Source: Candidatus Brocadia sp.
Lineage (GTDB): Bacteria > Planctomycetota > Brocadiia > Brocadiales > Brocadiaceae
Direction: 5' to 3'
NCBI GenBank assembly: GCA_021650915.1
Contig: CP091279.1
Span: forward strand, 2,880,001-2,912,000
Length of the DNA: 32,000 nucleotides
The notes below the pieces were generated by a model, which did no database searches, was not told the DNA's origin, and worked only from the letters and a program-made list of their open reading frames with translations. The translations under genes and the position numbers were made by a program. This document shows positions 25,377-32,000 of this stretch, in pieces. Each line of letters opens with the position of its first letter. The stretch's first letter is position 1.

Positions 25377-26714
25377 ATGGTTGTAGAGTCTATACTTGAA
25401 CGCACCTTACCTCAAAGCATCGAAGCTGAAATGAGCGTTTTAGGGGCAATGCTCCTGGATAATGAGGTTATTAGCCTCGTTATTCCCACACTCGCGAAGA
25501 ACAGCTTTTATAAAACGGCACATCAGGAATTATATCAGACTATTGTAGAGGTCTACGACAAGGGACAAATGATTGATCTGGTCGTCCTGAGGGAAGAGCT
25601 TAAAAAGCGTTCGTTATTGGAAAAAGTTGGCGGTACTGAGTACTTAATGGAACTGGAAGAGGCAGTTCCTACGATAGGAAACGTGGAATTTTATGCGAAT
25701 ATCGTTCGTGAAAAAGCGATAAAGAGGAATCTGATCGAGGTCGCAGCAAGCATTCAAAAACAGGCCTTTGATGAATCCAGCGACACGGGGCAACTGCTTG
25801 ACAGTTCAGAAAGGGCGATCTTCGACATTACCCAAAAAAAGTTTCATGTCGCGTCTTCAAAGCTAAACGAAATTCTGAAGGAAACGTTTAGCCGTATTGA
25901 AAATCTTCATGACAGACAAAACAGACTGACGGGGTTATCCACCGGCTTTTATGATCTGGACGATCTTACCTGTGGTTTGCAGGCATCGGAGCTCATTATC
26001 GTCGCAGCCAGGCCGAGCATGGGGAAGACAAGCCTTGCGCTCAATATCCTTGAACATGCAGGGGTAATCGACAAGAAGCCGGTTGTGTTGTTTTCCTTAG
26101 AAATGTCGGCTCAGCAAGTGGCGCAGAATATGCTTTGTTCTCACGCTCGAATCGATGCACACAAGCTCAGGAAGGGTTTTTTAGAGGATAAACAGTGGAG
26201 CGATCTTTCCTATGGGCTGGGGTCGCTTTCTGAGGCGCCCATCTTTATTGACGACACCCCCGGCCTTTCCGTATTGGAAGTGCGCGCAAAGGCGCGGAGG
26301 CTGAAAGCTCAGTATGACATCCAGATGATTGCGGTGGATTATTTACAACTGATGGAGGCGACGCGCGCTGAAAACCGGCAGCAGGAAATTTCCGTAATTT
26401 CCCGTGGCTTAAAATCCCTTGCCCGGGAGTTGTCGATTCCGGTCATTGTTGTGTCGCAGCTGAACAGGTCAGTAGAGTCCAGAGAAGGGCACAGGCCAAG
26501 GATGTCCGATCTCCGTGAATCGGGGTCCATCGAGCAAGATGCGGATGTTGTTATCCTGTTACATCGGGAAGATTACTATGACCCTGAAAGAAAAGATGGC
26601 ACGGCGGAACTCATCATTGCCAAACAGCGGAACGGACCCATAGGGGTGGTAAAATTAGCGTTTCTCTCTCACTATATGCGCTTTGAGAATTTAGCCTCTA
26701 TAGGTAACAAATGA
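25377..26714 (+). CDS. dnaB: Replicative DNA helicase DnaB
   Basis: LPQSIEAEMSVLGAML, Walker A ARPSMGKTSLALN, IAVDYLQLM, SQLNRSVESREGHRPRMSDLRESGSIEQDADVV and IIAKQRNGPIG are present. Confidence 0.96.
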   Translation: MVVESILERTLPQSIEAEMSVLGAMLLDNEVISLVIPTLAKNSFYKTAHQELYQTIVEVYDKGQMIDLVVLREELKKRSLLEKVGGTEYLMELEEAVPTIGNVEFYANIVREKAIKRNLIEVAASIQKQAFDESSDTGQLLDSSERAIFDITQKKFHVASSKLNEILKETFSRIENLHDRQNRLTGLSTGFYDLDDLTCGLQASELIIVAARPSMGKTSLALNILEHAGVIDKKPVVLFSLEMSAQQVAQNMLCSHARIDAHKLRKGFLEDKQWSDLSYGLGSLSEAPIFIDDTPGLSVLEVRAKARRLKAQYDIQMIAVDYLQLMEATRAENRQQEISVISRGLKSLARELSIPVIVVSQLNRSVESREGHRPRMSDLRESGSIEQDADVVILLHREDYYDPERKDGTAELIIAKQRNGPIGVVKLAFLSHYMRFENLASIGNK

Positions 26715-29095
26715 AAACGACGTTGCGCAGGGTGTTATTGCAAGCAACGAGTTTAATCGGGGCGCTTGTTTTAATCCTGTGTGTGGGGTATAAAGAAACG
26801 CTTTGCGCTGAAATTCCGGAAAAGGCGGCGCAAATTATAAAAAAGATTGAGATTAGGGGAACGCAGCGAATCAGCACCGCAGCGATAAAGAGCAGTATCC
26901 GGGTGAAAGAAGGCGATCGTTATAGTCCGCTGGCAGTGAGCCAGGATGTTGATGCAATCTGGTCTTTGGGGTTCTTTGATAATATTGAGGTGGAATTTGA
27001 AGAGCTCAGAGATGGGTTGAAGCTTATCTTTGTGGTAACTGAGCGGGCGATGATTGATGAAATACAATTTATCGGGAATAAAAAGATTAAAACCAAGAAG
27101 CTGGAAAGCCAAATTACCGTGAAAACAGGGGATTATTTAAAACGATACCTGTTGAAATTGGATGAAGATAAAATAAAAGAACTTTACATAAAGAAGTGCT
27201 TTAATCGGGTGCAGGTGCACGCTGAAAGTAAAACAACGGATGGGAAAACCGTTGTCATCTTTAACATTGATGAAGGGCCGAAGATTCGTATTTCCAAGAT
27301 ATTGTTTGACGGAAATGCCAGTTTTAAACGGAAAAAGCTTCTGAAGCAGATGGAAACCAAACGAAAACGGTTTCCAACCTTTATCTTTCCGGGAAGATTT
27401 GACTCGAAGAAATTTGAAACTGACGTAGAAAAAGTAAAAGAATTTTACATGAATAACGGATGGCTGGATGTTGACGTCGGTTGGGATATAACGTATAGCG
27501 ATGACCATACGACGATGGATATTACCCTTCATGTAACAGAGGGAGAAAGATATTCCGTTGAAAATCTGAGCATAGATGGCGCAGCCTTGTTTACCGATGA
27601 AGAATTAAAAGGAAAGTTAAAATTACAAGAAGGAGGCCCTTTCTATTTGGACGCGGTAGATAAGGATACCTATCAGCTTCGTTTAATGTATGGGGAACAA
27701 GGGTATATTACCACTGCCGTTAAAGAAAAACATACGTTTAGTTCGGAAGGGGCAAAGGTAGATGTATTTTTTTCTGTCGAAGAGAAGGACCGGCATTATA
27801 TTGAAAAGGTCAAGGTAACCGGAAATGATAAAACAAGAGACAACGTTATCCGTCGGCAGTTAACTTTTTATCCCGGAGAAAAATTGGATACGGAAAAGAT
27901 CCGCGATAGCCAGAGGAGGCTTGCCAATACCGGGTATTTTGATATGGAGTCCGGAATGCCCGCTGGAATTAATTTTGAACAGGGTTCCGAACCAAATAAG
28001 CAAAATATCGTGGTAGACGTAAAAGAAGGACGAACAGGCATGCTGCGGTTTGGCGGAGGTTTCGGAGCAAATGTCGGGGTGTTCGGAGACATTTCCTATA
28101 CCGACAGGAACTTTGACGTCACGGACCTGCCAAAAAGCTGGGATGACTTTTTACAGGGCAATGCCTTCCGCGGTGCCGGTGAGATTTTAACGATGCGGTT
28201 TAGTCCTGGTTTTGAAAGGACCGAAATCATGGTGTCCCTGACAAATCCATCCGTCTTCGACTCTCCGTACAGCGCAGGAGCAAGTTTGTTTAACTATCTC
28301 CGGTGGTACCGTGAGTATGAGCAGCAGGACATGGGCGCCAGGGTCTCTGCGGGAAGGGAAATACAAAGAGATTTTTTTGTGCGATTAAGTCCTGAATTTA
28401 ATATTATCGAGATTGAAAAACGGGATGATACGGAAGATACCCCGCAGGATGTCCTTGATGCGGAAGGCAGCTATTTGAAAGCCGGCCTCACCTTATCAGC
28501 CAATATGAACAGAACGGATAATATCTATGCGCCGACAAAAGGGTACCAGGGAGAATCTTCCATAGAAGTTGCAGGGCTGGAGGTGGATATCGCGAAATAT
28601 AAATTTCAGGCAACTAAATTTAATACCCTCTTTGAAGTTCCCAAATGGGGGAAACACGTACTTGCTTATGGAGGTACTTTTGGCATTGCAGAGTCAACTT
28701 CGGGGGAAGATGTTCCTATATTTGAAAGATATTATGCTGGTGGTTACGGCTCTATTCGCGGATTCCGGTTTAGAGGCGTGTCTCCGGTAGATGAAAAAAC
28801 AGGTGATCAGATCGGTGGAGATGTATTAATGTTAGTGAGCACGGAATACCTTATCCCCATATATAAGGATATGATTCGTGCAGCAGTTTTTGTTGACAGT
28901 GGAAAGGCGGATGAAGGTGTCAGTGATATTAATTTTGATCGGTTTCGGCTCTCCTCGGGCGTTGGATTGAGATTGAACGTTCCTTTTCTTGGACGCTCTA
29001 CGATATCCATTGATTACGGTATTCCCATTATAAAAAAGGAAGAGGATGAAACCGAGTCATTTTCTTTTAATTTTGGAGGAGGCAGTAGTTTTTAA
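26711..29095 (+). CDS. bamA: Outer membrane protein assembly factor BamA (POTRA repeats plus Omp85 barrel)
   Basis: Signal peptide, then repeated POTRA-like modules (IKKIEIRGTQRIS..., IDEIQFIGNKKIK..., ISKILFDGNASF..., IEKVKVTGNDKTRDNVIRRQL). The barrel has RYYAGGYGSIRGF and ends ...FNFGGGSSF. Its ATG overlaps the dnaB stop (ATGA). Confidence 0.93.
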   Translation: MKTTLRRVLLQATSLIGALVLILCVGYKETLCAEIPEKAAQIIKKIEIRGTQRISTAAIKSSIRVKEGDRYSPLAVSQDVDAIWSLGFFDNIEVEFEELRDGLKLIFVVTERAMIDEIQFIGNKKIKTKKLESQITVKTGDYLKRYLLKLDEDKIKELYIKKCFNRVQVHAESKTTDGKTVVIFNIDEGPKIRISKILFDGNASFKRKKLLKQMETKRKRFPTFIFPGRFDSKKFETDVEKVKEFYMNNGWLDVDVGWDITYSDDHTTMDITLHVTEGERYSVENLSIDGAALFTDEELKGKLKLQEGGPFYLDAVDKDTYQLRLMYGEQGYITTAVKEKHTFSSEGAKVDVFFSVEEKDRHYIEKVKVTGNDKTRDNVIRRQLTFYPGEKLDTEKIRDSQRRLANTGYFDMESGMPAGINFEQGSEPNKQNIVVDVKEGRTGMLRFGGGFGANVGVFGDISYTDRNFDVTDLPKSWDDFLQGNAFRGAGEILTMRFSPGFERTEIMVSLTNPSVFDSPYSAGASLFNYLRWYREYEQQDMGARVSAGREIQRDFFVRLSPEFNIIEIEKRDDTEDTPQDVLDAEGSYLKAGLTLSANMNRTDNIYAPTKGYQGESSIEVAGLEVDIAKYKFQATKFNTLFEVPKWGKHVLAYGGTFGIAESTSGEDVPIFERYYAGGYGSIRGFRFRGVSPVDEKTGDQIGGDVLMLVSTEYLIPIYKDMIRAAVFVDSGKADEGVSDINFDRFRLSSGVGLRLNVPFLGRSTISIDYGIPIIKKEEDETESFSFNFGGGSSF

Positions 29096-29097
29096 TT

Positions 29098-29754
29098 ATG
29101 AAACCTGCGAAAACGATTATGAAAAACAGACATTTGAGAAAGGTTGTTTTATGTATTACGACAAGCTGCGTATGCTTGTGCGCGGGGTTATTGCATCCGA
29201 TTCAGGCTAAAGAACCGGGGGCGATGGCTTCACCGGCGAAAGGATTAAAGGTTGGCGTTGTTGATTTAAATACCGTATTCGAGAAGTATGAGAAGAGGAA
29301 GGCGTTTGACGCACAGTTAAAAGAGCAGGAAAAGCAATGCCAAAAAAATATCACTGATAGAAAGAAAGAACTGGTGAGCCTGGGTGAGAAGATACAATTG
29401 TTGGATGTCGGAAGTGAGGCAAGGAAAAAAAACGAAGAGACCTTCGAAAAAAAGAACATGGAGCTGGAATCATATGCAAAGTTTGCAGAAAAAAGCCTGA
29501 CGAAAAAATATAAGGATTATTTCGAAAGCCTCTACACGGAAGTCTGTAAGGAAGTGGAAGATATTGGCAAACGGGACCAGTATGATCTGATTATTAAGAA
29601 AGAAGAGCCGGAGTTGCAGAGCAGCGGGATTTCTGAATTACAGTTCAAGGTCGGAATCAAAACCGTCCTGTATAATTCTGATGCAGTTGATATTACCAAT
29701 CGGATAATTGATAATCTGAATAAGCGCTTTTCGGAAGGAACCAAGGGAAAGTAA
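29098..29754 (+). CDS. skp: Periplasmic chaperone OmpH/Skp family
   Basis: Signal peptide, VGVVDLNTVFEKYEKRKAFDAQLKEQEK, a long charged helical arm, and its position directly after bamA. Confidence 0.8.
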   Translation: MKPAKTIMKNRHLRKVVLCITTSCVCLCAGLLHPIQAKEPGAMASPAKGLKVGVVDLNTVFEKYEKRKAFDAQLKEQEKQCQKNITDRKKELVSLGEKIQLLDVGSEARKKNEETFEKKNMELESYAKFAEKSLTKKYKDYFESLYTEVCKEVEDIGKRDQYDLIIKKEEPELQSSGISELQFKVGIKTVLYNSDAVDITNRIIDNLNKRFSEGTKGK

Positions 29755-29757
29755 TTT

Positions 29758-30612
29758 GTGGTCAGCACGCAAAAAACGATTGGGCAGGAAATTGAGTGCT
29801 TCGGGATAGGAATGTTTCGGGGAGAAAACACCACACTCCGTTTTAGGCCTGCGCCGTTAAATAGCGGGATTTCGTTTATTCGTGTTGATTTGCCGAATCG
29901 GCCGAGTATTCCCGCTCATGTAAATTCTCTATCGAGTAATTACCGACGCATCTTTCTCAAGCATCAGGACGCAGAGGTTGAGTGCATAGAGCATCTCATG
30001 GCAGCCCTGGCAGGATTAGGGATCGACAATGTCGAAATCGAAATAACCGGCAGAGAGGTTCCGGCGGGAGACGGGAGTGCGCAATTTTTTGTAGACATTC
30101 TGAAAAAGGCCGGAATTGTTGATCTGGGGGGAGCAAAGAAGATTTTTGTCGTTACAAAATCTCTAGCGGTTAAGAGCGAAAACGCAAGCATTCTGGCTGT
30201 TCCCTGTGAAAAGGGGCTCGTGTTGTCATATACTTTGGATTTCAAAGGCCCTTTTCTCCCGCAGCAAACGTATGACATCACGTTTACAGAAGAAAGTTTT
30301 TGCAGGGAAATTGCTCCGGCAAGGACGTTTGGATTAAGCACCTATATTGAAGAGTTCAGACAACTTGGTTTGGGAAAAGGGGTCACTGATGAGAATAGCG
30401 TCATTGTGCATGAAGACGGCACGATGACAAAACCCATTTCTATGAAACCTGCAGAATTGCGATTCCCCAATGAACTGGTACGGCATAAAATCCTGGATCT
30501 GATTGGTGATCTTTCTTTAGCTAATGTCGTGATACAGGGTCATATTATTGCAAAGAAGTCCGGACATTCGCTGAATGTTCAGCTGGCAAAAAAGATTGCA
30601 AACAGTGCATAA
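29758..30612 (+). CDS. lpxC: UDP-3-O-acyl-N-acetylglucosamine deacetylase
   Basis: TLRFRPAPLNSGISFIRVD, IEHLMAALAGLGIDN, ARTFGL, RHKILDLIGDL and KSGHSLN are present. GTG start 3 nt after the skp stop. Confidence 0.93.
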   Translation: MVSTQKTIGQEIECFGIGMFRGENTTLRFRPAPLNSGISFIRVDLPNRPSIPAHVNSLSSNYRRIFLKHQDAEVECIEHLMAALAGLGIDNVEIEITGREVPAGDGSAQFFVDILKKAGIVDLGGAKKIFVVTKSLAVKSENASILAVPCEKGLVLSYTLDFKGPFLPQQTYDITFTEESFCREIAPARTFGLSTYIEEFRQLGLGKGVTDENSVIVHEDGTMTKPISMKPAELRFPNELVRHKILDLIGDLSLANVVIQGHIIAKKSGHSLNVQLAKKIANSA

Positions 30613-30686
30613 TCAAAAAAGAATCATTGCGGGTATAATAGAGACACGAAAAACCGTGGAAACACGCAACAAACGAGGGATGGAAA

Positions 30687-31505
30687 TTGAAGATTCATAG
30701 ATCGGCTATTGTGCATCCCGATGCCCTTTTGGGCAAAGAGGTTGAGATTGGCCCTTTTAGTATCATCGGAAAAGCTGTTACTCTTGGGGACGGGACAATT
30801 ATCAAGAACAACGTTACGGTAACCGGCAATACAATCATAGGGAAAAACAATATCATTCACCCTAACGCTGTATTAGGGGCAGAGCCGCAGGACCTGAAAT
30901 ATCGCGGAGAGCAAACTTCTCTTATCATGGGCGACAATAATGTCGTCAGAGAAGGTGTAACCATTAACAAGGGGACGGCCGGGGGCGGAGAAAAAACGGT
31001 AATCGGCGATAATAATTTTTTTATGGCATGCTCACACATTGCACATGATTGCATTATCGAAGATCATGTACTTCTGGCAAATGGCGTGCTCCTGGGCGGA
31101 CATGTTGTGGTAGAAAGATGCGCCAAGCTGATGGGGCTTGTAGGCATACAACCCTTCGCGACGATCGGCCGACACGCTTATGTTGGAGGCCATACCCGGA
31201 TTGTTCAGGATGTCCCGCCGTATATGATTATCGAAGGCCATCCTGCAAAGATACGTCAGGTGAATGTCATTGGATTAGAGCGGGAAGGGTTTTCAAAAAC
31301 GCAAATCAGCGAGATCAAAGAGGCTTTTCGCAAAATATTTCGTTCCAGCGAATTGAACAAAAACCATCTCCTGGAAACCCTGGAAAAGAATGAAGATGTT
31401 TCTCCGGAGGTCAAATATCTGGTCGCCTTTCTGAGAAATAGTGATAAGGGTAAATTTGGAAGATATCGGGAATCTTTTCGCCACCCGACGGCAACAACAA
31501 CGTGA
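30687..31505 (+). CDS. lpxA: Acyl-ACP--UDP-N-acetylglucosamine O-acyltransferase
   Basis: IHRSAIVHPDALLGKEVEIGPFSIIG hexapeptide repeats, NNFFMACSHIAHDC, and a C-terminal helical domain (GLEREGFSKTQISEIKEAFRKIF). TTG start with GAGGGA upstream. Confidence 0.93.
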   Translation: MKIHRSAIVHPDALLGKEVEIGPFSIIGKAVTLGDGTIIKNNVTVTGNTIIGKNNIIHPNAVLGAEPQDLKYRGEQTSLIMGDNNVVREGVTINKGTAGGGEKTVIGDNNFFMACSHIAHDCIIEDHVLLANGVLLGGHVVVERCAKLMGLVGIQPFATIGRHAYVGGHTRIVQDVPPYMIIEGHPAKIRQVNVIGLEREGFSKTQISEIKEAFRKIFRSSELNKNHLLETLEKNEDVSPEVKYLVAFLRNSDKGKFGRYRESFRHPTATTT

Positions 31506-31507
31506 TT

Positions 31508-32000
31508 ATGTCTGACTTAAAGGTTGCAGTCATTGGTGTTGGTCATTTGGGAAAAGAGCATGCAAGGGTCTACACAGAATTGCCAGGGGTGTCGCTGGTT
31601 GGGGTTGTTGACATTCAACCTCAGCAAGCGGAAAAGATTGCACAACGATACCATACAAAATACTTTTCAAATTATCAGGAGGTGCTTGACCAGGCGGAGG
31701 CCGTAAGTATTGCCGTTCCCACAAAATCCCACTATGGTATAGCAAAAGATTGCCTTCAGCGGGGGATTCACGTCATAATCGAAAAACCCATGACAGGCAC
31801 CGTACAGGAGGCGAGAGAATTAATCGCCCTGAGCAAAGCAAAAGGAGTGGTGCTTCAGGCAGGATATATTGAACGTTTTAACCCTGCGCTGGATGCAATA
31901 AAAAAACTCTCCATCAACCCCCGCTTTATCGAATGCCACCGGTTAAGTCCGTTTACCTTTCGTTCCGCTGATATTGGGGTGGTGCTTGATCTGATGATCC
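31508..32000 (+). CDS. Gfo/Idh/MocA-family NAD-dependent oxidoreductase (5' part; runs off the window); possible GnnA-like UDP-GlcNAc 3-dehydrogenase
   Basis: Not in the ORF track because no stop is reached. ATG at 31508. Translation: MSDLKVAVIGVGHLGKEHARVYTELPGVSLVGVVD...VIIEKPMTGTVQEARELI..., showing a Rossmann GxGxxG and the EKP motif. It starts 2 nt after the lpxA stop. Confidence 0.8.
   Translation, partial: MSDLKVAVIGVGHLGKEHARVYTELPGVSLVGVVDIQPQQAEKIAQRYHTKYFSNYQEVLDQAEAVSIAVPTKSHYGIAKDCLQRGIHVIIEKPMTGTVQEARELIALSKAKGVVLQAGYIERFNPALDAIKKLSINPRFIECHRLSPFTFRSADIGVVLDLMI

Noticed and set aside
1-32000. Search for CRISPR arrays, toxin-antitoxin pairs, restriction-modification, transposase/integrase or prophage genes
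   Set aside because: No regularly spaced direct repeats and no ORFs with the corresponding motifs were seen on either strand. The only mobile-like features are the two non-autonomous palindromic elements.

Overview
This is a 32-kb chromosomal window from a diderm bacterium, since bamA, skp, lpxC and lpxA are all present. The BatA-like, exported FGE-like and Memo/AMMECR1 content fits a Planctomycetota/PVC-type genome, but taxonomy cannot be verified from sequence alone. The right third (21.1-32 kb) is one co-directional housekeeping supercluster: tRNA-Gln, prs-ctc-pth, rpsF-ssb-rpsR-rplI-dnaB, then (ATGA-overlapped) bamA-skp-lpxC-lpxA and a Gfo/Idh/MocA gene. Dispersed biosynthetic genes (serA, trpE, ilvD) and an orphan parB with two parS palindromes occupy much of the rest. 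No CRISPR array, transposase, integrase, phage or recognisable defence gene is present. The least-explained parts are listed here. (1) A 6-kb block (6.5-12.3 kb) holds six consecutive exported or membrane proteins of unknown role: a coiled-coil protein, an FGE-like protein, two tandem paralogs with a beta-carbonic-anhydrase-like CxDxR...HxxC signature, and two SPFH/flotillin-like proteins. (2) A signal-peptide-bearing Memo-AMMECR1 fusion sits next to a free-standing AMMECR1 gene, with no radical-SAM partner in the window. (3) Two copies of a nested-palindrome, MITE-like repeat share 24-bp terminal inverted repeats. (4) An unlisted 52-codon two-TM ORF starts 1 nt after the trpE stop. (5) A beta-barrel porin carries an N-terminal coiled-coil stalk and a long leader. 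All functional calls come from by-eye motif recognition; no database search was possible.
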